A stretch of DNA of 64,000 nt from Trichinella spiralis (taxonomy: Eukaryota), in assembly GCF_000181795.1 (NCBI RefSeq), contig NW_003526944.1:3872596-3936595 (forward strand), in the 5' to 3' direction. Below the pieces are notes generated by a model. The model was not told the origin of the DNA. It made no database searches and saw only the letters and a list, made by a program, of their open reading frames with translations. Below, piece after piece: positions 1 to 12,329 of the stretch. Within the stretch, counting starts at the first letter, position 1; every line of letters begins with the position of its first letter. A program made the translations under genes and the position numbers.

Positions 1-3000
1 ATACACACTATGCAAATGGAAGAAGAGAAAAAAAATACACAAAATCATTGCACAACCTTATTAACGTCAGTTAAAAATCCTCCCGGAACTTCGTTCGAAT
101 CTTCCGGATTTCTGTGATGAAACCTGAAGATCATTTATTTGATCACGTACAAATTTCGCTTTTCCTATTCAACTTACAATCTCTCGTACAAGCGGACTTC
201 ACAACTGATCGGTTTCGCAACCCAATGGATGAAACATTTTGGTTTGTTCTGTTCAGTCAATTTTTCCACTTTCACAATCAATTCCATATATTCTCCCAGA
301 TGATTCTGCACATGATAACGACATACACATGTGACCAAATCAATCAATCAAGCAGTAAGATAAGCTACCTTTTTTATTTCTTGCAAAATCATCACAAGAC
401 CAACATACTTTAAACCAACTGCTTGAGTACTCGTAAAGCGTTTAAAATGTTTATCATCAGCATGCTAAAAATGGAAATTCATCATTATTTAAAATAGTGA
501 GTTCAAAAAAAATTTTTAAGCAACCTCTTTAAAATCATCAGCTTCGATGAATATTGTAGAATCAAACTGGACATGATGCTTTCCTGTGGATTTATCCGAC
601 AGAGTGTTGGGAAAGTCTGGCACTTCCACCATTTTTGGCAATTCAACAGGGTTTGCAAATCTTACTTTCAAAGGGTTCAACACTGCCATATGTCTGAAAG
701 AAAAAAACAATGCAAATATTAATTAAAAAAAAACTCTATTCACATACACACCTCGGAGCGGTTACGTTTAGCACATCTCGAACACAAGCTTCGAGCATCA
801 TCGGATCAACTGCAGTTAAAGCTGTCGTAAGACCCATCTATAAATTATATAATTTATAAAAGAAAAGAAAATGAATTTTCATTTTTTAAAACAATAAATA
901 TAAATTCACTTTAGCGACAAAATTGTTTATCGCTTGTGGAGGAAAACCACGTCGTTTCAGAGCTGTGAGTGTAAACAGTCTCGGATCGTCCCAATCGCTG
1001 CAGCAGTTGATAAAATTATTATCATGCTCAATTATCAAAATTAGCATACAACGTTTATTACCGTATAATATTTTCTTGAACTAATTTGATAATTTTCCTT
1101 TTAGATATGACCGCGTAATGGACGTTCAGACGAGCAAATTCCCATTGCACTGGACAATACAAATCCAATGCGTTGCACAACCAATAATAAGAGGATCGTC
1201 TGTAAAAAATTAAAACAACAATTATTATTATTATTCATCAAGCAAACAGTCCTTTTTGATCGTATAATTCAAACCTCGATTGAAACTCTTTCGTGCACAA
1301 AGAATGTGTTATATTTTCAATCGAATCGCACAAACAATGAGTATAATCATAAGTTGGGTAAATACACCTGAAAAATACAGAAAATTTTTAAAAAATATTT
1401 TCACATTAAAAAGCAAACTTTTATAATTTCAAACCATTTATTGCCCGTTCTGTGATGAGGAACGTATTTGATTCTATACGCCACTGGGTCGACTTTTCCT
1501 TCTTCCAAAGTTATTTTCATTCGAAGGGTTGCTGCGCCCTCGTCGAACATACCATTTTTCATATCCTAATCGTTTTGTTTATGTTCAGTTTAAAATAAAA
1601 TTTATGAAAATGGCAATAACGAACTTCGAACAACTTCAAAGACTCGTCAATGGGTCGATCACGCCACGGAGAAGGTGTCGGATTAATACCTTTCACTTCT
1701 TCCGCTTTCTGATGGCAAACGTAGGCATGGCCACGCCTTATCAATTCCAAAGCATATTCGTACAGTTGATCAAAATAATCTGACGAATGCGTCACTTTGT
1801 AAGGTGTATATCCTAAACATAAGCATGTCATAGAAGAAAGATTGTTTTTTTTCACTCATTTCAATGCACATTACAGCAAAATTCAGAAACATCAGAGTAT
1901 GGATCAATTATTTCAGACAATAAATCACCAACTCAAAGGCAAACTTTCGATAACAATACAAAACTTCAAGGTTAAATTAAAAAAATAAATAAATACTTGC
2001 TAACTAAAAAAATACCTACCTAACCATTCTACCATTTCTCGAATTGCAGTGAAATACCGTTCTTCTTCTTTTTCCGGGTTTGTGTCATCATAACGCAAAT
2101 AGCAGATCCCACCGTGAGCCTAAAATTAAACACCACATTATCAACAACAAAAAAATAAAATTCGTTTTTCCTGTACAGCACTTTAGCATATCCAAAATCA
2201 ATGTTTATAGCTTTCGCGTGACCAATGTGCAAAATACCGTTTGGTTCAGGTGGAAATCTCGTCACTACCTTAAAAATGTTGACGGAAAATTATAATTAAC
2301 ACAGTTTTGTTGACAACACAGTGTTTTCTAACCTTTCCCCCCGTAATTTCCAAATGCCTTTTCAAAAGATCCATAGTCTTTGGTGTTACAACATATCCTT
2401 CAGTTTTGTAGTTCTCTCCCGGCTTGTGGAAATGTGCTTTTGTTTTCATCAATTCTTCAATAGTAGCTGCACCTTCAAACTCTGTGAATAAATATTGTAA
2501 TTGAAACTTCACTTTCAATTCATCACAAAATTATACGAACACATACCACTTTCTTCATTTTTTGCTGTTTCTTTGGCTTTCAATTTCTCTTTTGGCATCA
2601 CCTTTGAAGGGATCTGAAAACAAATTTCATAAAAATTTGTACGTTGGAACAAAATATTAAAAAAAAAGAATACTTTCTTTCCGCTCTGCATATCGTCCAA
2701 TGTTTTCGGCCCCAATAATATCAACATTTGCATATCAATTTCTTTCTTCAACTTGCTCCCATCAGCCCATGGTAATACTTTGCGGACTTCAGCTGAAAGA
2801 AACGAAATAAAAGAAAAATGATAAACACTACAGACAACGTATGAAGTAAAATACAATTTCAAATTTAAATGATCAGTGAAATTAATTCAAATTCAGCTCT
2901 GAATTTTCATTTCAAATGTCTGCGAAACATCATTTCATACGGTGAACAGGTTCATTTATTCACACAATGACGGCCAATGACCACTTACCAATCAACGATG

Positions 3001-3636
3001 AAATTGGAAATTTATAACGCATCAACTGTAACTTTTCTTCATTCGCTTTGATAACGGATGTAACCTGCAATGACGAAACGACTGAAATAATAATTGAAGA
3101 TGCAATTCTTATTTTTTTTCCAAAATAACAATCATACAGTATCTTCAATTTGTTCTTCAGTAACTTTCACACCAATGCCACAAGCCTGCTCGAATTCTGC
3201 TTTATCAAAATCGCTGGCAGCATGCGAAAGAAGAAATTGCAACGCGGCTGAGGTGAAAGCAAAACTGCAAACTCGAACAACAACACAAGTCAACATTTGC
3301 ATTACCTGAAAGCTGCAAATCATTTTCCAATCTGTTGTTGCAAATTTCCTCTATCAAAAGCTCTGCATATTGGAAGCATTGTTTTTTAAGACGTGTGGCA
3401 GTTTGATACAACAGTTTGCCTTGAGATTCGCTCAATTTTCCGTTGGTAATTTTCAATGCCTTCAAAAAATAGCACAATAATTGAGAAAAGAAATGAATCA
3501 ACCTGCACAGTCGCTTCACCTGATTTGCCATGTTGGAAAGTGATGCCGTAAGCGTTTCATTTCTCAGTGTTTCTTTAATTTTTTCACCACTTAAGCCAAG
3601 CGCACTCAGAAGCTGATTATTATCTGCGAAAGCCAT
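1..3636 (-). CDS. QARS1: Glutaminyl-tRNA synthetase, multi-exon, 3' end beyond the window start
   Basis: Spliced ORF fragments give [27 protein letters not shown] (eukaryotic N-terminal domain), [41 protein letters not shown] (HIGH motif), [11 protein letters not shown]...SPWRDRP, VISKRK (~1100) and [19 protein letters not shown] at 3636 lies 4 nt after a TTTTTCAG acceptor. Confidence 0.96.
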
Positions 3637-4211
3637 GCGACTGAAAAAAAACCAAAAATAAAAATAGCCTGCGCAACTTAACAACAACACATTTCATAAG
3701 TGTACACGTTTTACAGTAATTTTATTGACCATCAAGTGCATTGCATGTTTTTTATTACAGTAATCAAAAAAATTCAAATTTAACAAATTACAAATTGAAA
3801 AATGCAATTTCTTGATTCTCAAAAGAACAACGACATTTGAATTTTCCAAAATTTTCCATATTCAATAGAATCTGAAACGGATCGTTCACTTGTTCAATAA
3901 ACGATTTCAATCAAATGATTTCATTTGTTTCTGAAATACTATCTATGCTCATCGACAATTTTTCATCCACTATAGTCATTCAAATTTCTAGGCAAAAGCA
4001 AAACGAAAATAGCATATGCTAGCTGTTTTCATTTTTCTCAATGCTTTACAGGAAAAAGATAAAATTTCACTGCTGTATCGAAATTTTGAAACTGAAACAA
4101 TCATTTAAATGAGGAAGCATGAAATTTGATCATGTACCAATTTAATGTGTGAGAATTCTGCATCCAATAATTGACAACACTGAACAATCATTTGCACTTC
4201 ATTCCATGAAA

Positions 4212-6397
4212 TCAATTCTTCCATCGTATGTTCTGAATGAATTCTTATGAAGATAAAAAAAATCTATTCATTTGAAATAAAAAAAAGCTTACAGAATTTG
4301 TCAACGCGGTTTCAGCAGTAGACAGTTCAACACTGCTAGGAGATAAAGTGGCCATGTATTTCAACAATTCTAATCGGTCTTTCAATCCGATGAGAATCTG
4401 AAAAAGCGAGAACAATCAATAAAAACATTAATAAGAATAATAATAATAATTTCTTACTTTAATCACCAAAGCGTGACATTTGTACTTTTTTGCCAACATT
4501 AATTTTCTTTGATTATCAGAAAAAAGGTCAATATAAATTGTAATATCCTGAACAGAAACCTTTAATATAAGCAATAACATTCGACGAATGTTTGCTACTC
4601 ACAGATGCGGTAGCGCCATTGCTGTATAAAACGTTCAAAAGCTGTTCACAAGATATTGGAAGTTTCAACTTCTGTTTACCAAACAATCCCTGGAAAAAAT
4701 AAAAATTACAAAAAATAATACATACATAATGCAACTTGTACCTTTCGCAAAAGCAATTTTTGTATTTCAGCCCATTGTTGGCGTTCTGCCAGAGCTTTGA
4801 TCGCGATCCAATCAAACTGCTGTTCAGTAAGAGCAAATTTATTCCGAATTGATAATGGACTAGCAAGAGAATTCTAAATAAATTCTATAAGAAAATATAT
4901 TTGGTATAATAAAAATAAAAACGTATCACCGAAGGAAGTTCATAATGCAAACGGCAACAATACATCAACGTTTCCAATACAGATGAATCCACAACAGACT
5001 TTTCATTTTTCAAACCGCCCTCAACACGAGCACTGTTGTCAGCAGCCTACACAACAAAACAAAATTAAAATGAGGATAGCTGCATGGAATAAAAATTTAA
5101 AAAAATATATACATCAATAGGCAACTGATGTTCCAACAGATCAGCATAGCTGTTCAAAAACATTCGCTCTTCATTCAAGCTTGGATCAGCAAACACACCG
5201 CCGGCTAGAGCTTTTCTCAAAAGCGCAATTTTCGATTCTGCATTCTTTTCTGAACAAATACGACTCACTTCAACAGCAGCCAACTGTTCAACCAGACCAA
5301 GAGATCTAACAAATTGGCTTTTTCTTTTGTTACACGAATTTGCATATCAACAATAAACATACAACAAAAGTTCAGATAATTTATCATTCATTGAGAGCTG
5401 TTTCAAATAGAAAATATAATGCGAAACGGCTGGTGGGAATTCCAAAAGCAACTGCCGAAATACAACCGGCGAAAGTGTACGTTCAAGAAAAAGAACAACC
5501 TGAAAAATGAAATTAAAATTTTAAAAACCATTTATAAGATGAAAAAAATTGCTTGACAAATTTACGCAACAAATTGCATCACCGTCGCCAAAATCGATCG
5601 CAGTTTTCAACAACTGCTTTTTGTCACTCAACCGTCTGTAATATTGAAAGATGTAAATTTCGCCAGTTGCCAAACGGCCAATTGTCTCCTCGAAATCGGG
5701 AGCAAAATATTTTTCCTGCTTCAAGCGACACTAAACGTAAACAAATAAACAATTAAATATTCTATTTTGATCTGAACATTACAAACGAAAGGAAAAATGA
5801 ATATACTTGTAATTCGGTCCATTTGGATCGCAAACGACTGCATTCCGCCTGCAAACGCTTGTAATCGTCACTGTCGGATTGAGTTGCTGAAATATTAAAA
5901 AATATTTTCCAAAATTAAAAATAATAACTAAATAAATCGTTGAAACAACCTTGAACAGAAAGCGGTGTGGTTCTCTGTTCAGTGGTTTCACTTGAAATGG
6001 AGCGTAAATCACTCGGAGTCTGAGAATTTGAAACACTGGACATTTCATCGTTGAAGCTGCTGGTCAGATGATCTTAATGAAAAGTCAGTAATAAAAACAG
6101 AATATCAAAAAATGCAACTAAAACAATCAAAGTTAAAAATTATACCGCCACCAAATAAGCCTAGTTCTTCGTCATCTGTAGAATTCAAATCCAACTTGTT
6201 CAACTCAGCCCCAATTTCTTCAATAATTTTTGCAGTCTGAAAAATTTACAAAAGTACTGTCAAATAATTCACCGACAAGTAAGCATGATATTTATATATT
6301 TGCAACGAACATCGGAAGGAAAATCATCGAAACAAAACGACGACACATTGGAATCGTTCCAAAATTCGTCATCCACATCATCGGAGACACCAGACAT
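4212..6397 (-). CDS. VIPAS39: VIPAS39/SPE-39 (VPS33B-interacting protein), multi-exon
   Basis: N-terminus MSGVSDDVDDEFWNDSNVSSFCFDD resembles the EEYWN...FxFDD start of VIPAS39. Internal segments include YRRLSDKKQLLKTAIDFGDGDAI and DLLEHQLPI. Last micro-exon 4212-4232 encodes NIRWKN*, matching the IRWKN C-terminus recalled for VIPAS39. Confidence 0.85.
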
Positions 6398-7275
6398 AAA
6401 ACTAAAATATAATTAATAAATATTATTAACTATCATTTGTCTTCTATCAAAAGATCACATTTTCAAAAACTGAACAACTTAACAATCATTAGACTGTTTT
6501 ATACAAGTAGACAAATTACACAGCAATCAGTTAATCAAAAAATATGTTCTTATAAAATGATAAAACGAATACAATTCAATAATAAAATCGAAATGTTGAT
6601 ATTTTTGAAATATAAGATGCAAAACCAAGAACAGAACAGATTCAACTGACTGTACCATAAGAAAAATAAAGTAGTGTAAAACTTCTTTTAATTTTATAAA
6701 ACAATTCTTCTTTTAACTTTTATATTAAAATCAAACAAAAAAAATATTCAATTTTCATGTAATAAAATACTTTTTATGAGATTTTCCGCTTCAAAAAATA
6801 TCGTACTTGCAAATCAATCTACAACAAACAGCAAAACGTTACAGCACAAGAATAAATAAATTTTTGAAAAGTAACTTTTGCTTTAAAATCAAAATGTTTC
6901 CACCGTTTTATTACATATTTCACTTTATTCACACCATACAATCAGGTAATAATGATCAGATTTTAATTCGTACCAGCAGTAATTAATTACCTTATTGTCA
7001 CTAAATACTGTATTGCACTTCTCAAACAAATGCAAACACAATTTGCAATAAAATGTACAGTATGAGGCCAGTATTTCATTTTCTTTAATTCTGTTGATGG
7101 GCAGTGGAAATATGTCTGTGATTTGTGGACGCACTGCGTGTTTGACTATCGTCAGTGTGCAATGATCCTTTCTATACCATTTCGGTTAGACATTTTGATT
7201 GCATTTTAGCCTCTCTTCGTTATTGTCAGAATTGATTTCAAGAAAACTGCTCCAACGCTAATTGCTTCATTATAA

Positions 7276-7798
7276 CTTCTCGCATCTTCTCAACATTTAA
7301 ACATGACCCTGTTCTCAAGTAGCCAGTTGACGTCTGCGGTTGGTCACCTTCATCTGATCATACACGCGTTTCCTATATTCATTTGTGGACAAAGAGCCAA
7401 CAGTTTCGTCCATACTGTGTTGCTGCCTTGATTCGTCCGATTCCAATTTGAACGGTGGCAGTATGATCAGCTTCATCTCAGTGTGTTTGCCATGGTCACT
7501 GGTCTGCTGTTGTTCCAGTCGCCCACGGTACTTTTTAAACGGCACAAAGGCGGTTCGCTGGTACAAATCCACCTCGCCGTCGTTGGAGTCGACTTCATCT
7601 GCACCGTAGCAACTCTTGGTGGGCATTTCGTTGTTCAAAATTTCCCTCTTCAACCGCTGCAATTGCTGCCTGGTGTGATAATGGTGAGTTGGCAGTTGTG
7701 GATCCGACTGGTCAACCGGGTAACTACTAGCCGATGATGATTCACGTGCGTCTTCCAAATTTTGACTCGACGACGTGCTGATCGACAAATTTTCCCAA
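7276..7798 (-). pseudogene. 5'-truncated, internally deleted and frameshifted copy of exons 3-4 of the gene at 9701-11764
   Basis: Highly similar to 9961-10632 (SISTS...QLPTHHYHTRQQLQRLKREILNNEMPTKSCYGAD). The exon3/4 junction region is deleted. CGCGTGTATGATCAG replaces CGCGTGCGATCAG, shifting the frame before the RPCLNFEKMRE motif. No copies of exons 1-2 are seen upstream. Confidence 0.75.
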
Positions 7799-8380
7799 CT
7801 ATAAAAAATAATACAAATTCAAAGATGATTTTATTTCAATAAACCAAACGAAATTCTTCTCGTAGTTTCTTCCTGTCATTCAACTGCTTATAATAAGTAA
7901 ATAATCTTGCAAAATGTTAATTTCGCCATTTTCCGAATAGCCCCGATCGCTTCCGAATAACAATAGTAAAATATTTTTCAATTTTCAAAGGAAAATGAAA
8001 ATTCTGTTACATTCAATCGACTGTAAAGATTCAATAATATAGTTTTAATGTGAGCGACTTAAATTACATGTGACTGCTTTCTACTTGCAGTAATCATTGA
8101 TTGCTGTCAGGTTGAGTTTGCGAAATTAATAAAAATCAAACCAATTAAAAAAAATATCCAACTCCTAAGTTGGTGAAACGACCTCGAACAAAAAAGATCT
8201 AGATTTCTGTTAATTTGAAATTGTGAATAAATCGGTCAAAGTTTCGAACTGTGTAAAACAGTGGGTCTGACAGTCTGAATATAAAAAAAAGCAAACATCT
8301 AGTCGTGCAACGTTAAATATGAAAAAGGTGAAAGAAAAACGTGCTAATGTTTCTCAAGCATTCGAATTGAAAAATTATAC

Positions 8381-8629
8381 CACAGGAATAAGCCAAGTTG
8401 TTCATCATCAATCGAACCGAAATCCAATTTGTTCAAGTCAAATTCTTCCAATAACTTTTGAATGTTGAATAGTCGCAAAAGCAATGTTCAATAATTCACC
8501 GAGGATTAGGTAATTTTACGCTGGCAACGAACGGCAGAAAAATCAAGAAAAAGCATCGAAACCAAACGATGACCCACTGTGGAATCGTTCCCGAAGTTCG
8601 TCATGCGCATCATCGACAAAAACATGCAT
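8381..8629 (-). pseudogene. Degenerate copy of VIPAS39 exons 1-2 only
   Basis: 8547-8629 aligns by eye to 6322-6397 (catcgaaacc/aaacga...ggaatcgttcc...ttcgtcat..catcatcg) and 8381-8460 to 6146-6232. An indel breaks the EFWND frame, and no downstream VIPAS39 exons follow. Confidence 0.75.
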
Positions 8630-9700
8630 AAACCTAACAACTTCCATTAGAAAGCGAAATAAATTAAGCGGCATTATCAAGCAAAAATTAAACTGAAGTT
8701 TCATAAACACTTCAGCGTGTTGGGCGAAAAACAATTTCTCTAATGGGACAAGATAAAAATCGCACAGCCAAGAGAACAATCTAAAAATATACCTTCTCGA
8801 ATAGAACACAAGTGACAGTAATGGGAGAAAAATGGTGTTATTAAGATTTTCAATTTCACAATGCAAGTGCATGGCTTCCTTTTTTTAATTAAAATCAAAA
8901 CAAACAATCAATCAATCAATCAGATTCGATTTATTAAAATGCCATCAATAACATTTTCAGTTTTCAAAAATACAAATCGTACTTGAAAATCAATCTAATA
9001 CAGTAAACACAAAAGGGTGTACGAATGAAATTTGGAAGTTGCCTTAAGTTTCTGTGTTAAAAATTATTTTACGTGAATCTATCGAATCATGTATATGTGG
9101 GTTCTGATTTTTACCGGCAGTCATCGATTATTTCACCGCCACTACACATTGTACCGTAGTACAATGTTGTATTTCAAATTTTACCATTAGCCGGTCGTTG
9201 GACACAACAAACACATCTAGTCACACTGGTAGAACAGGGACAAAAATCAAAATGCAATAACCAAATAATTAATGAATGCAATAGAGTTCAAAATTGGAAT
9301 TTCGATGGTAAGCTTTTTTCTTCTTTTTTTTAAACATGACTGCTGCATCAACAAATAGGATTATCGAAGATGAATACGCAGCTTAGCATTGAACGCTGGA
9401 TCATCTGACGAATAAATAATAAAGATTTTGTTACAGTAATTCCCAGTTGAAACAGGGAAAACTTGTTAACTGTCATGGTGAATGCGCACGCGTATGCAGC
9501 ATTCAAAGAGAACAACACCAATCCCGCATTTAACGTTAAATAGTTTGAAATTTTTTCAATCGAACGAAAAGGGCGTAGATTGGCCGCCGTTTGGGCAAAG
9601 TCAGCAGCTTACATTACAGGAGATCAAATAAAAATCAAGAAAAAAAAACACTTCGGTCCCGTTGATAGCAAACAGAATTGACAATGTTCAGTGACTGGAA

Positions 9701-11764
9701 CTAAAAATTGCCAGAAGACCGCAATTGGTACCCGCTGCTCCAACCCTACAATAAATTGATTGCTATTGCTTTTCCTTCAACATATATACTACAGGAAATA
9801 TGTTTCATAATAATTTACCCGTAATTTCATCTTTGCTTTTGCTGCACCTTCCGCACCCGTTGCTATACTCGGTTTCTTCCTATTCGGTTTAACCATTTTC
9901 TTAAATCAATTATATACACATAAATAATAATCTTGAAAAAAGTCTTCTTTAATTTTTTACTTCTCGCATCTTCTCAAAATTTAAACATGGCCGTGCTCTG
10001 AAGTAGCCAGTTGACGTCTGCGGTTGGTCACCTTCATCTGATCGCACGCGCTTCCTACATCCATTTGTGGACAAAGAGCCAACAGTTTCGTCCATACTGT
10101 GGTGTTGCCTTGATTCGGCCGATTCCAATTTCAACGGTGGCGGTATGATCAGCTTTATCGGCGCTGTACGTCGCATGGCAGCGGCAGTAACCGATTCCAA
10201 AATGTCGCTTTTTGACTACAGAAACACACAAACAACATATATATACTTTCACGGAAGATTCGTGAAATTGGCTCTTTTACCGACAATGTATTATTGTTCA
10301 TGGTCGCTGTTTTGCTGCCGTTCGACCGAAGTCCACTTTGCAGTGGTTCCAGCAGCCCGCGGCACTTTTTGAACGGCACAAAGGCGGTTCGCTGGTACAA
10401 ATCCACCTCGCCGTCGTTGGAGTCGACATCATCTGCACCGTAGCAACTCTTGGTGGGCATTTCGTTGTTCAAAATTTCCCTCTTCAACCGTTGCAACTGC
10501 TGCCTGGTGTGGTAATGGTGAGTTGGCAGTTGTGGATCCGACTGGCCAACCGCACAATTGCTAGCCGATGATGATTCACGTGCGTCTTCCAAATTTTGAC
10601 TCGGCGACGTGCTGATCGACAAATTTTCCCAACTAGAAAAAGGAATAGAAATTCAAAATTTTGATTTGATCCATAATCCGCCTGTCCTGCTGCTCTTCCA
10701 TCCATCAAAGAAACTCGAACTGTGCATTGTTAATTGAAAATTTTTGAAAAATGAGATGAACTAGATAAAGTGATAATAGCTATTTGGCAAAATGTTGAGA
10801 AAATTCTGATAACGTAATGCAAATATGAAAGTGCCACCAGATGGTGAAAGAAAAAATTAAGCCTGAACAACGTGACGTCAACGAAAATTTCGAACAGGGA
10901 AAAATGTTTTTTCCAACTTTCGTCAGTCATCATCATTCAAGCAGGCATTGTGTTTGTGCTGTTGCACGCAAACACTGGATTTTTCACCAGCATTAATTTG
11001 AATTTTCCATCTCGCCAACGTTTCGCTTTGACACCGACACCGAACGCACAATCCTCAGCGTTCAACAAAATCAATTCGTTATTAAAAGTTTTCTCATCAA
11101 AAATGTATTGAAAAATAATAAAAAAAGATTTTAACGATATTAATGTGCAAAAAATTTGAATGAGGAAAAACTGCGAATATGCAAGGGAAAAGTTGAAAAG
11201 AAATATAAAAATGTAATAATGCATGCATTATATATATGCGGAAATGATGCAGATTAGAAAAGTATTTTTATTTCGTGGTTCAAATTATATGCATAATGTG
11301 GAGGAAGAAAAATAAAATTTACCAATTTAAGTCTTGATCAGAGAGGGTGAAACAAAGCGGCGAGTCGATGCGCGACAAACAGCTCGAAACCGACCAGCTC
11401 GGTTGACTAGCGTAATAGTCAGACGTTTGGCTAACTGCCAAGCTGGCGATCGAGTCTAAAAAGCAACGTTGATTAGCAAAAACTGATAAAAGAAATAAAC
11501 AAATAAATAAATTCAATTTTCTCTTCTCATACTGGTCTCAATGCGTTCCAATTCTTCGTCCGATTCGGTTCCGGAATCGCATTCGACTTCAGGAAAGCCG
11601 AGCAAAACTTTTTTGGCAAAACTGGGAGCTGGATCTTCGGCCGGATCGCAGGCTTCGACGAAGCGGTCCACGGTGGCACATTCCACCGATTCGGTCGCAA
11701 TGGCAACGTTGAGTTTCTTGGACCGCTGGCTCGGCTCCACGTCCGCACGGCTCTCGTTGTCCAT
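9701..11764 (-). CDS. Uncharacterised Ser-rich protein (gene X) with a FAM53-like motif; about 6 exons
   Basis: Phase-consistent exon chain: 11764-~11533 (MDNESRADVEPS), ~11455-11322, 10632-10281, 10215-9961, 9899-~9819, ~9745-9701 (GWSSGYQLRSSGNF*). Contains RKRVRSDE...RARPCLNFEKM, reminiscent of FAM53 KRRR...RPSLDLxKM. Confidence 0.65.
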
Positions 11765-12273
11765 TGCTGTACACAGAATGTGAAAATCAAGAAACAACAA
11801 CAAATGCAACATTCACTTCGCGACAACTTTCATGCCTACTGTAGAAGTATATCACATTTTGTGTTGTTCTTTATCAATTTTAGTAAAAATTAACAAATAA
11901 TTGATGAATAGGAAAAAAAAGTAATAAATAAATAACCAAAAGACAAAAGAACAGTGTATGTGAATAAGGCCGTTGGAGAGGGGGAAGCATTTTTCACAAA
12001 TGCTTTTTAACGGCGGTAAAACAAGCCATGAATGCATTGATCAGCGTCCACAACGCGCGCAACGGAACGACCAGCGTAAGATAATTATCAACCCGGCCAT
12101 GAGGGAACATTTTTCTAACAAGTTTGAAATAATAAATCTATACATTGGTCGACCTCGACTAGAAAAAGCTGAAAAAGAAAAACTGGTGCGAGTATTATTT
12201 TTTCTCTTTTTTGTTTTTTGCTCTGTTGCTGAAGCTTGTTTATAACCGAAATGTTACACAATGATACTTGTCA

Positions 12274-12329
12274 AACACACACACACACACACATACAAAC
12301 AGAGAGAGAGAGAGAGAGAGGGAGAGAGA
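12274..12329. repeat. Compound (AC)n/(AG)n microsatellite
   Basis: acacacacacacacacacatacaaacagagagagagagagagagagggagagaga read directly. Confidence 0.9.
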
